A DNA stretch of 64,000 nt. Source: Candidatus Woesearchaeota archaeon (GTDB taxonomy: Archaea > Nanobdellota > Nanobdellia > Woesearchaeales > ARS49). A program made the position numbers and the translations under genes. Under the pieces are notes generated by a model, which saw only the letters and a program-made list of their open reading frames with translations, searched no databases and was not told the origin of the DNA. The stretch is taken from positions 1,178-65,177 of the forward strand of contig QZIM01000018.1 of the NCBI GenBank assembly GCA_003599055.1, written 5' to 3'. This document shows, in pieces, positions 1-8,575 of the stretch (position 1 is its first letter; the number at the start of each line of letters is the position of its first letter).

Positions 1-1595
1 AGCGGCAAACCTGCTGCCGTTGCAAACACTCCACCTGCATCTCCCGTACCGAGGTACTCGGTAAACCAGAGGTCGTCATCGTCGTCACCATACTTGAACT
101 GGTGCGGCGCTGCCGGAGCAAAGCCAGTCAGTCCAAGTGCAGACACTGCATTTCCTGCCTCGTTGCTTGCCAAAGGAACATCGAAGAAGATGCCCTCCTG
201 GTTGGTGAATTCGAGGTCATACTCGTCATCACCTGCAGCATCAACGCGGAGCAAGGTCACGCCCGTGTCCATCAGACCCTCGTAGCGGATGTCCCAGTTC
301 GGAGTCAGCATTCCTTCAGGCTCGTCAAGCTGAGCGCGAACGCCTGTTCCCGGCGGGATGTACATATCGCCAAGAACTGCATCAGCAGTCAAGTTGTACC
401 TGATGTTCTGCACTTCGAACTCGGAACCGGTGAGGCTTCCTGCTGCCGGCGGGTTCGTTACGAACTGACCGCGGATAGTCACGAAGGAGTCTTCGATGGT
501 TTCCTCGTTCACTTCAGCGCCTGCAGGAACTGCGAGTGCGTCTGATGTGTTGGTGTCACGGAATTCAACCTTGTACGCGCCCAAGTAGAACTGGACGATG
601 GACTTCTGGATGTCCTTACCGGTCGCGAGGATGTCGCGGATACCGATTTGGGTACCGTCAGCCAAGACGTCAGTTTCACCGTCTTCGAGCTCGTCAGTGA
701 TTTCTCCGTTGATGCGGAACTTCACTGAACCCTCTCCTGCGTTGGACGTTTCGGAGATAACAAGGACTTCAACCTCGTATTCCTTTCCGTCAACCACGTA
801 GGTTTCCTTGTCGTTTTCGCCAAGGACTGCTGAAACTGCGCCGCCGATAAATTCGATGACGAGGTCAGGGGTTGCGTTGGTTCCCGTAAGGGAGTTGCCG
901 TTCGCACCGAGGTTTGAGAGAACCTGGTTGTTCACGCGCAAGTCCGTGTCCACGATAACGAATGGCTGACCAAGCACGGTCACGTCTTCGTCTTCGAGGT
1001 CAACGAGGTCATCGTTTTCAACTTCTGATTCGAGACCCTCTTCGAACTCGAGCTCCCATTCAAAGATGACGTTTCCGTCGTCCCAGAACAGGTAGTGTCC
1101 AACACGGTCGCGCTCATCTTCTGCGAAGAGAACGACTCCTGATGTTGCATTGTTGGGGAAGCGGAGGTATTGGTTAAACTCCGTGCTGCCCTGGTCAGTG
1201 ACAATCTGACCGCCCTTGAGCATATCAAGGTCAACTTCGGTGAGCGTCTCACGGACGTCTCCGATTGGTTCTCCGATTTCGAGAAGGTCCGATGTGGAGC
1301 CAATCTCTACTGCGTCGCCCTCAACCACGAGTTGCGAAGGTTGACCGGCTGATGCAACCTTAACAACTGCCTGAGACTGGAGGCTCTGGATAATATCCAC
1401 AGCTCCCACGACGTCAGAACCATCTGCCTGGTCACCAACAATAATCGCCAAGTTGGATGCCGGCGTGCCATTCACTACGAATGGCGCAGGGTAGTCAGAC
1501 AGCTTTGCTGCTGAAGCTCCGAAAATGGTCGCACCGACCATTGTCAAGCCCATACCCAAAGCCACCATCTTTTTTACCGCTTGTATTGCTTTCAT
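1..1595 (-). CDS. S-layer protein (partial; 3' end runs off the window start)
   Basis: Not in the ORF track because it has no stop in the window. Manual translation from ATG 1595 gives MKAIQAVKKMVALGMGLTMVGATIFGASAAKLSDYPAPFVVNGTPASNLAIIVGDQADGSDVVGAVDI, resembling the archaeal S-layer N-terminus (L..YP.PFV...IVVG..A...DV..A.DI). Acidic, C-ending codon bias, GGAGGTG Shine-Dalgarno upstream. Confidence 0.85.
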   Translation of the reverse strand, partial: MKAIQAVKKMVALGMGLTMVGATIFGASAAKLSDYPAPFVVNGTPASNLAIIVGDQADGSDVVGAVDIIQSLQSQAVVKVASAGQPSQLVVEGDAVEIGSTSDLLEIGEPIGDVRETLTEVDLDMLKGGQIVTDQGSTEFNQYLRFPNNATSGVVLFAEDERDRVGHYLFWDDGNVIFEWELEFEEGLESEVENDDLVDLEDEDVTVLGQPFVIVDTDLRVNNQVLSNLGANGNSLTGTNATPDLVIEFIGGAVSAVLGENDKETYVVDGKEYEVEVLVISETSNAGEGSVKFRINGEITDELEDGETDVLADGTQIGIRDILATGKDIQKSIVQFYLGAYKVEFRDTNTSDALAVPAGAEVNEETIEDSFVTIRGQFVTNPPAAGSLTGSEFEVQNIRYNLTADAVLGDMYIPPGTGVRAQLDEPEGMLTPNWDIRYEGLMDTGVTLLRVDAAGDDEYDLEFTNQEGIFFDVPLASNEAGNAVSALGLTGFAPAAPHQFKYGDDDDDLWFTEYLGTGDAGGVFATAAGLP

Positions 1596-1902
1596 CTAAC
1601 AAACACCTCCGTGTTTTTCGGTATCTTTACCATGTGGTGATGTAAAGACTGTGATTGGCGCAGAAACCCGTGAACGATATTTAAAACTTTTGTTAACGTA
1701 TTGTCTGGAAAACATATGTTGCATTATGTGTTTCCTCTTTTACAAGCCACTCTTTTTTTCCACAGCAGACACGTATGCCTGCTACGTATCCTACTAAAAC
1801 CCTCGATGCTTTATAAATTTTTCGCACGACGCGCCGTATATCTGCCGACGAAAAACGTACTCTTTTTTGGCGATTTATCGACGGTGATTTAAATAGCTGC
1901 GC

Positions 1903-2448
1903 TCACATAAGCGCAAAACGGTCCTGCCCGCACATCACCAGCATCCGCACATTCGGATTTTGCCGCTGCAATTCACGAAGAACAGACGCGTCCTGCTCAC
2001 TTGCCAAACACTGCGCAACCGGATGGCTGTGCAAGTCAATGAGCACATCCGTCGGGCACGGCACGCTCACCACGTGCACGACATTTGCGCGAATCACCTC
2101 AGGAAAGGAAACGCTTTCTATAATATAGGCGCCATCACCATCAATTAACCCAAACAGGCACGCCTTAATTTCCCGGTGCTGGTTTTGCACAAACTCCTCC
2201 TGAACGCGCGCAAGCGTCCCTTCCTTCCAGACGATACGCGCTTCGGAAAAGTCAAGCACGGCATCACGCACGCGCTCACTTTGCACGATACCCTGAACAG
2301 TATCCGACAATGTCCACGACACCATCAGCACCAGCAGCAGAACCCCGATGAGTGAGAGCAACCAGCCGCTTGGGCGCGCACTTGGCTCTTTTTCCAATTG
2401 AGAGATATCTATTCCCTCAAACACCGGGTCAACCGTCCTTGAATTCAC
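1903..2448 (-). CDS. Membrane-anchored JAMM/MPN+ (JAB) domain protein
   Basis: N-terminal TM (WLLSLIGVLLLVLMVSW), upstream Glu (HREIKACL) and exact HxH-x7-S-x2-D motif (HSHPVAQCLASEQD). Confidence 0.7.
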   Translation of the reverse strand: MNSRTVDPVFEGIDISQLEKEPSARPSGWLLSLIGVLLLVLMVSWTLSDTVQGIVQSERVRDAVLDFSEARIVWKEGTLARVQEEFVQNQHREIKACLFGLIDGDGAYIIESVSFPEVIRANVVHVVSVPCPTDVLIDLHSHPVAQCLASEQDASVLRELQRQNPNVRMLVMCGQDRFALM

Positions 2449-3304
2449 GATACTCCTCCCACTGCCGCGCAGAAACTATCACCGCATCATACGGCAAACC
2501 AACGCTCTCTTTTGTAATTTTGGCTACCGCCTGACCATCGCGCGCGTATTCAGAAAACAAAAACGCCCGACGGGAAACACGATGAAACCCGGAAAATTCC
2601 TCAACCACAAACGGAACACCGTAATGCGTGTCAAGACGCAACACTACGGTCGAATTTCCCGAAACGAAATGCAACGACTGATTTGAATCAATATCCTTTT
2701 TCATCACGCGCAGCGACTGACGGCCGGTTTCAATACGGGACGGCCCAACTCCCGCATACTGCCGCAAAACATCAACCGGGCCCGCAACAAAAACCGGCTG
2801 CAACCGCTGCCAGACCAGCTGCGTTTGCGAAAAAACAGGAATCACCTGACGGTCAAAAACCCGGTCAAACGACACCGAAAGCTCAAGATACGCCGGAAGA
2901 GTCCAGCCCGAATTCGGCGGCGCAACTCCCACAAACTGAACATACCACTTGCGGTCCACGTCCCCAAGAAACACCCACGCCTTCTTCGCTACCGTATCCC
3001 AAATAACATCACCCGAACGCCGAACACTGCCAAACACCGCCGTCTCAACCCCATCCTCCTCAGAAAACCAATACGCATCGGGAATCACGTTTGGCGCGCC
3101 CGCTGACGCTTCTTTTTCATATACCGCCGCGCCGACAACCGGCAGCGGACACTCACTGACCGCGGCCCTCACCGAGCCATCAAAACACTGCACGAGAACA
3201 CGCTCGACCTCGACAACACGGTCAACAGGAACCTCCACTACCCGCTCAACAACCTGCGGCGCACACGCGCAAAACAGCAAAAAAAACAGGACGTAACCCC
3301 TCAT
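2429..3304 (-). CDS. Putative lipoprotein, unknown function
   Basis: Short signal ending in a lipobox-like CACA, a VERVVEV repeat and a CFDGS..ECP motif. Confidence 0.6.
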   Translation of the reverse strand: MRGYVLFFLLFCACAPQVVERVVEVPVDRVVEVERVLVQCFDGSVRAAVSECPLPVVGAAVYEKEASAGAPNVIPDAYWFSEEDGVETAVFGSVRRSGDVIWDTVAKKAWVFLGDVDRKWYVQFVGVAPPNSGWTLPAYLELSVSFDRVFDRQVIPVFSQTQLVWQRLQPVFVAGPVDVLRQYAGVGPSRIETGRQSLRVMKKDIDSNQSLHFVSGNSTVVLRLDTHYGVPFVVEEFSGFHRVSRRAFLFSEYARDGQAVAKITKESVGLPYDAVIVSARQWEEYREFKDG

Positions 3305-3416
3305 ATGGGATGAAAACTAAAGAACAACATAAAAGCGTTGCGGCAAATTAAAAAAAAATTGCCTGAAAACTTACTATCCCACGCAGCAAGCTGCGGATAT
3401 CGTACCCAAAAGGAAA

Positions 3417-3806
3417 TCACCAATTACGGTCATCAAACCGAACATACTCGTACTCCGCACGAGGCGAAAACGACGCCTGACGAATTGCAGACTGCGGCAA
3501 ACAGCACCACTGCTGCCTATCCTCAAACCACATACACGGGTCAGGCCCATCAGGAGAACCACCGCACACGAGCTTATCCTTATTCCCCACAATCTGACCC
3601 TGATACATCTGAACGTCAAGCTGCTCCGGAGTCACGCGCGAAAGCCGCGCCTCCTGCTCCATCGCACGACGAAGCGCAGGACCGTACAGTTTCGACGCTG
3701 CACGATAATTCGTCACATCACCCGTAATTGACGTTTCCATAAGAACAGTCATAAAAGAAACCGCAACAATCGCAATAACCCACAACGTGACAAACTTCGT
3801 ATCCAT
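3417..3806 (-). CDS. Small single-TM exported Cys-containing protein
   Basis: N-terminal hydrophobic helix followed by SITG; C...C...WCC pattern. Confidence 0.6.
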   Translation of the reverse strand: MDTKFVTLWVIAIVAVSFMTVLMETSITGDVTNYRAASKLYGPALRRAMEQEARLSRVTPEQLDVQMYQGQIVGNKDKLVCGGSPDGPDPCMWFEDRQQWCCLPQSAIRQASFSPRAEYEYVRFDDRNW

Positions 3807-3896
3807 ACAACACCTCTTTACAAAAAAGAAGACACCTGAAGTTTATAAATGATGCTGTTGTAAAAATTTAAAAATCGAACCGGTTACCGCCGAACC

Positions 3897-4424
3897 ATGA
3901 CCAAATACGTCTTTGCCGTTGACGACACCAAAGTCATCCTCGCCCTTCTCAAGCAACAGCTCGAACCGCACGACATCATTGTCTACGGCCACCACTGCGA
4001 AAAAACCAGCACCATCGCAACCGCATTCGTCAATGCAATCGAGCAGGCAGGACTCCACGCAGCACAGGAACGCGGAGAAAAGCCATCAACACCAATCGAC
4101 ATCTACCGCGCCAAACTCAGCGGATACATCGACGGCGTCATCCTCGACTACAACCTGCAGGACCGCATCGACGGCGGCATTGCAATTGGCATCATCGAGC
4201 GAACCGCACGAAACCGCGCGGAAATGTACCCGTATGAATTCGGGACCCGATACCACAAGGCAGGCCTTCGAAAAATCCTCTTCACCGGCACACCCCCTGC
4301 AGAAATTAACCCTGCAACCATCAAAAAATTCAACACCGTAATACCCAAACCCACTGCCAGCAACCAAACTCTCAACTACCTCGTACACGCACTCTTCCCA
4401 CCCTGCCGCGATTCACAATCGTGA
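3897..4424 (+). CDS. Stand-alone response-regulator receiver (CheY-like) protein with insertions
   Basis: VFAVDD, GVILDYNL (phospho-Asp), ILFTG and IPKP occur in the canonical order. Confidence 0.6.
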   Translation: MTKYVFAVDDTKVILALLKQQLEPHDIIVYGHHCEKTSTIATAFVNAIEQAGLHAAQERGEKPSTPIDIYRAKLSGYIDGVILDYNLQDRIDGGIAIGIIERTARNRAEMYPYEFGTRYHKAGLRKILFTGTPPAEINPATIKKFNTVIPKPTASNQTLNYLVHALFPPCRDSQS

Positions 4425-4925
4425 CAAACAAGCACAAAGAACATCCCATTCCTCAACAAAATACGGCTGCACCCTTTTGTCCTTTGCCGCGATGAAATTA
4501 TCTATTTGCCCGTGCGATAGCTTCAACACTGCATCAACCTCCGGAGTTTTTGCAAAAGTACCGTCGTAAACACCGTGAAAATACACCGTGTGCAACCGCA
4601 TAATCGTCCCGTTATGGGGCACTTCACGATATTCCTTGTGCAGAAGATGAAGTTCGCAACGAACGCCCAACTCCTCTTCAAGCTCCCTTTGCGCCCCTGC
4701 AAGATAGGTTTCACCCGCCTTCACCGACCCGCACGCGGCAAAATCAAAACACCCCGGCCAGCGGGACTTCGTCTTTGCACGCACCTGCACGACATACATC
4801 CCTGCGCTGTCCCGCAAATACACAACCACATTCCGCGTGATAACGTGCGGCTTACCCTGGTCATCACGCGAACACGTGCCGATGACTTCATCACGCTCGT
4901 TGACTAAATCAAGGAGTTCCACCAC
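4413..4925 (-). CDS. NUDIX hydrolase (IDI/YfcD-like)
   Basis: LLDLVNERDEVIG N-terminus, R..K..WPG.FD, Nudix box GSVKAGETYLAGAQRELEEELG. Confidence 0.85.
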   Translation of the reverse strand: MVELLDLVNERDEVIGTCSRDDQGKPHVITRNVVVYLRDSAGMYVVQVRAKTKSRWPGCFDFAACGSVKAGETYLAGAQRELEEELGVRCELHLLHKEYREVPHNGTIMRLHTVYFHGVYDGTFAKTPEVDAVLKLSHGQIDNFIAAKDKRVQPYFVEEWDVLCACLSRL

Positions 4926-5033
4926 GTTTTCTGCGCCAACCGAATCAACGCATAAATCTTTCGGAACCGTCCGGAAAGATTCTCAGTTTATCGTCGACAC
5001 ATTCTTAAATTCAAAAAGAAGAAAGAAAAACAC

Positions 5034-5151
5034 GCCAACGTCGGCGCAACCTGGTGGCGCCAGCAGTTTGTCAAGCTGCTATCCGAAAGGACATCCGGGT
5101 TCAAATACCTTGCGGTTTGACTCTGCGGGATTGAAAGTCCCGGCGCCGGCG
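5034..5151 (+). tRNA. Atypical tRNA, anticodon GUC (Asp), long variable arm, 32-nt intron in the T loop (5106-5137)
   Basis: Acceptor GCCAACG/CGCCGGC (two A.C mismatches); D stem GGCGC/GCGCC; anticodon stem GCAGT/GCTGC with loop TTGTCAA; 15-nt variable arm; T stem CCGGG/CCCGG. Splicing at a BHB restores TTCAAAT. TTAAAT lies about 25 bp upstream and a T run follows. Confidence 0.75.
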
Positions 5152-5170
5152 CACTTTTTCGCGACACCAT

Positions 5171-5433
5171 ATGCGGCGGACAGATACGAAAAATCACCTA
5201 ATCCGTCAGCGATTTTTCAACCTGTCCGCCTCAGTAAACTGCTCAGAAACAGCACTCCGTGCTTACAACTCTCCGTGATATGCGGCGGACAGGATTACTT
5301 TTCCGAAGCGCAGCGAAGGAAAAGTTTCCGAAAATTCACGAGCACAGCGAGCGGGTTTTCGGAACGTTCGAATCCTGCGACCATAAGAACGACAAGCGCA
5401 AAGCGCGATAAACTGAATGCGGCGGACAGGATT
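5171..5433. repeat. Direct repeats of the tRNA-Leu 3' end with intervening hairpins
   Basis: ATGCGGCGGACAG at 5171, 5280 and 5417 (the last two share 17 bp, ATGCGGCGGACAGGATT); inverted copy at 5221-5230; hairpins at 5297-5325 and 5326-5364. Confidence 0.8.
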
Positions 5434-5501
5434 CGAACCTGCGTGGGCACTAAGCCATTGGAGTCTAAATCCAACCCGTTGGACCGCTTCGGTACCGCCG
5501 C
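5418..5501 (-). tRNA. tRNA-Leu (anticodon UAG)
   Basis: Reverse complement GCGGCGG...TTGGA-TTTAGAC-TCCAA...GGTTCGAATCC...CCGCCGCA; long variable arm, A discriminator, no encoded CCA. Confidence 0.95.
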
Positions 5502-5695
5502 GCACAATAAATAGCTGCCCAACGCTACTTAAATGTTTGCCGTACCGAACATATAGCGAATTGATTAAATACATAAGCTTTGAATCAATTCGCTATCCAG
5601 CAAGTTGACTCATAACCTCGCCTGTGAAAAGGCGGTAAAAAGTTCAATTATCAGGTCAACTTGCTGTAGAAAAAGAGAACCCTGCCAACACCACT

Positions 5696-6085
5696 ATGCT
5701 CACCTATTTCCTCTACTTCCTCATCTTCGGCTTTCTTGGCTGGCTGCTTGACACAACGTACCGCGTTTTTGTCTCCCAAGAAGAACACGGAAATACATAC
5801 TTCCCCTATTTTGCCGTCACGTACGCTGTTGCCGGCCTTTTGATGCTTGCCCTCTACAAAAACACGCACTGGCCGTCCGCGGTCGACGTCTTCATCGGCG
5901 GAACCATCGCCACGCTTGTCGAATTCACCGCAGGCATCTTCTGCGTCCACATCATCGGACGAAGACTCTGGGACTATTCAGAAAACCCCCTCAACATCTG
6001 GGGGCACGTCGACGCCCTGCACACGTTTTACTGGTTCCTGCTCGCAGCACTCCTTCACGTACTGAACCCGTTCTTACCCGTCTAA
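5696..6085 (+). CDS. Membrane protein, putative ABC transporter permease family (CmpB-like)
   Basis: Four TM helices; FLGW, VEF.AG, LWDYS..PLN..GHV motifs. Confidence 0.7.
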   Translation: MLTYFLYFLIFGFLGWLLDTTYRVFVSQEEHGNTYFPYFAVTYAVAGLLMLALYKNTHWPSAVDVFIGGTIATLVEFTAGIFCVHIIGRRLWDYSENPLNIWGHVDALHTFYWFLLAALLHVLNPFLPV

Positions 6086-6110
6086 GAAACGATAATTGAG
6101 AAAAAAAGAA

Positions 6111-6296
6111 TTACTTTGCGCGCTTGCGCGTGTTCTTCCACGCGTACTTGCGCGTCTTGGGGCCTGCGCCATAGCCGCAGCTTGCACACACGCCCTTCGT
6201 TGCGTGATAGCTGCTTCTTCCGCACCTTCTGCACGGAATATGCGTCTTTCCTTTTGAGCGCAACCCCTGGGAACCCGTACCGCCAAGACCTTTCAT
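6111..6296 (-). CDS. rpl37e: 50S ribosomal protein L37e
   Basis: KTHIPCRRCGRSSYH..KGVCASCGYG zinc finger; follows Lsm as is usual in archaea. Confidence 0.97.
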   Translation of the reverse strand: MKGLGGTGSQGLRSKGKTHIPCRRCGRSSYHATKGVCASCGYGAGPKTRKYAWKNTRKRAK

Positions 6297-6298
6297 TT

Positions 6299-6520
6299 TT
6301 ACGCAGGGCTAATCAAAATGATGGTGTCGCCGCGAATAAACGCAGTGCCGAGCTTTCGCTTAACTTCACCATCAACCCTCTCCTCCGTATCGTCCAAAAC
6401 AACATTTATGTGAATGTCAAATGCGCGCAATGCACCGGTATACTGGCGGCCATTCTTGCACTCAACAATAACTTTCTTATCCCGCGCACGATTGAGCGCA
6501 TCTAACGGTCTTGCTTCCAT
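6299..6520 (-). CDS. Sm-like (Lsm/SmAP) RNA-binding protein
   Basis: RPLDAL, G.L.AFD.HINVVL, FIRGD Sm motifs. Confidence 0.95.
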   Translation of the reverse strand: MEARPLDALNRARDKKVIVECKNGRQYTGALRAFDIHINVVLDDTEERVDGEVKRKLGTAFIRGDTIILISPA

Positions 6521-6588
6521 TTCTTACACCCCAAAAAGGTAATGAAACCGAACTGCCCCGAAGGAGTATTTAAAGGTTTCGCACGCGC

Positions 6589-7812
6589 TCAGAAGCCAAA
6601 GCTCTTCTTTCGCCTTCGATAATACCGCACGGCAAACCGCCACACGTACGGCGATGCGGCAAGCGCCAACGCGATACCAAGAACATACCAATACCACGCA
6701 ATACCCGACCGCGCCAAACCGACACTCTCCTGCGACGCATTACCCTCACCTTGCGTCACGTTCACCGCAGGAGCAACCATATCCGCAACCGCCTTCCTGA
6801 CGCAATCATCACCCCTCCCATCACCATCCGCATCCTCGCCTGTTCCGCCACGGAGCGGGCAATTATCCACAAAATCAGAAACATCATCCCCGTCTGCATC
6901 TTCATCGCGCGCAATGCGAATCACCGCCTCACGCGTTCCATCCCCATTCAGGTCTCCTGTCTTTTCCTCATCAGAAGCAAAAATCAAGTCCCTTCCGAAA
7001 ATGACCGGACCTGCACCATCCACCTCAATTTGCGCAAAATTGCCTGACTTCACCGAATACCCGTATGACTTTCCGTCGCGTGAAAAGACGATGATATCAT
7101 CATAGATTGCCGGCCGCTCCCCTTTGATATCCGTCACATTCGTCTCTTCCGTGCGAACATCCATAAACGCAATATTGCCGCCGGATACAAATGCAAGAAT
7201 CCCTGACTTGCCGAGCGCAAGCTGCTCACCCGCCACTTTCGTATTTGACACCTGCCGCGATTCACGGTCAAGAATCCGTATGACCCTGTCCGAGAGGTCA
7301 CCATCGGCATTCAAGTCAACACCAACATCACCCTCCCTTGTGACAAATGCAACACGGCGCGGCCCAATCACCGGATTATCACCTACTGCCTTTAAGTTTT
7401 GCACTTCACCCGTTTTCAAGTCAAGCTGACGAATAACCGCATCATCCAAGTCCCCGTCGTTTGAAAAATCAATGCCAAGCGCCCGCTCACTTGTGGAAAA
7501 CACCGCAAAATCAGAATACACAAACGGGCTCGTTCCATCAGCTTCGTGCAGCAAGGAACGCTCGCGCCCAAATACCTTTACCTTCCCTTCTGACTCAAAC
7601 GCGACGGAAAAGCCAAAAATGTGCGGATTCTTCCCTGCGCCAAGAATTGTTTCCTCACGCCTCGAACCATCATATAAAACAACATTGCCCGCGCGCTCAA
7701 AGACAACCGCATCACCATACACCTGCGGACCTGCCCCGGGAAGCGCAACGTCCTCAATCAAAAGCGCCTCAACCATTCCCGCAAACAACAACAAGACGAG
7801 CATCCACCGCAT
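6589..7812 (-). CDS. Secreted repeat (beta-propeller-like) surface protein with Ca-binding/TSP3-like motifs and C-terminal membrane anchor
   Basis: Signal MRWMLVLLLFAG; D.N.DGD..D repeats; DADGDDVSDFVDNCP and DADGDGRGDDC; C-terminal TM plus RRRKK. Start trimmed to ATG 7812. Confidence 0.7.
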   Translation of the reverse strand: MRWMLVLLLFAGMVEALLIEDVALPGAGPQVYGDAVVFERAGNVVLYDGSRREETILGAGKNPHIFGFSVAFESEGKVKVFGRERSLLHEADGTSPFVYSDFAVFSTSERALGIDFSNDGDLDDAVIRQLDLKTGEVQNLKAVGDNPVIGPRRVAFVTREGDVGVDLNADGDLSDRVIRILDRESRQVSNTKVAGEQLALGKSGILAFVSGGNIAFMDVRTEETNVTDIKGERPAIYDDIIVFSRDGKSYGYSVKSGNFAQIEVDGAGPVIFGRDLIFASDEEKTGDLNGDGTREAVIRIARDEDADGDDVSDFVDNCPLRGGTGEDADGDGRGDDCVRKAVADMVAPAVNVTQGEGNASQESVGLARSGIAWYWYVLGIALALAASPYVWRFAVRYYRRRKKSFGF

Positions 7813-7891
7813 ACCCTTCACGTTACCGAATGCCTTTAAAATCTTTTTCGCCCCAAAACACTTAAAAGCACCACCGCGGACTGAACACCTG

Positions 7892-8575
7892 ATGAAAAAA
7901 GTCAACGAGTACCCCGGCCCCTACCACTGGTACCTCAGCAAATTCTTCAACCACAAGCACGCGTATGCAGCACGCCTTGCGCGCACGTTCCTGAAACGAA
8001 CGTGGAAAGCCTGCGACATCGGCTGCGGAGACGGGCGCATGGAAGAACTCCTTGCCGATTCCGTCAAACAACTCGACGGGTACGACAACCAAGAACGCCC
8101 CCTGCAATTTGCACGCCTCTTGTGCACCAAAAAGAACGTTACCTTCACGCGAAATACCGGTTCCATTCCCGCGCAGGACAAAACATACGATGCCGTGCTC
8201 TGCTTTGACGTCATCGAACACATCGCGCCAAACCAGCTGCGCGGATTCATCGATGAAATGAAACGCGTCCTCAAAGACGGCGGAACACTCATCCTCACCA
8301 CGCCCAACAAGCGAGAACTGCGCGGGCGCATCTTCGGCCACAACGTCGACCCAAAACACTACAAGGAATACGACATTCCCGAACTTGAAGACCTGCTGCG
8401 GAAAAACGGGCTTACCGTCAAATACACCACCGGCATTTACGTCACGCCACCCCTTCCGCACGCAGAACACTTTGCCAGCGTGTACCCGTTCTTCTGGATT
8501 TTCCAATTCCTTGTTTGGCTCGGAACGGTTTTCCCCTCCCTTGCAGAAACAACCTTCCTGGTGGCAAAAAAATGA
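7892..8575 (+). CDS. Class I SAM-dependent methyltransferase
   Basis: DIGCGDG, FDVIEHI, RVLKDGGTLILTTPN. Start trimmed to ATG 7892. Confidence 0.9.
   Translation: MKKVNEYPGPYHWYLSKFFNHKHAYAARLARTFLKRTWKACDIGCGDGRMEELLADSVKQLDGYDNQERPLQFARLLCTKKNVTFTRNTGSIPAQDKTYDAVLCFDVIEHIAPNQLRGFIDEMKRVLKDGGTLILTTPNKRELRGRIFGHNVDPKHYKEYDIPELEDLLRKNGLTVKYTTGIYVTPPLPHAEHFASVYPFFWIFQFLVWLGTVFPSLAETTFLVAKK

Noticed and set aside
1-1595. C-ending codon runs in the S-layer gene as a DGR signature
   Set aside because: The bias covers the whole gene and fits high expression, not a local C-terminal patch.
5068-5075. Reading the atypical tRNA as tRNA-Sec (TCA in the loop)
   Set aside because: Centring TCA breaks the anticodon stem and U33; only the GTC register gives a 5-bp stem with a 7-nt loop.
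4837-5608. ORFs of 225, 103, 75, 69 and 63 aa across the tRNA region
   Set aside because: They overlap two tRNA genes and the repeats; spurious.
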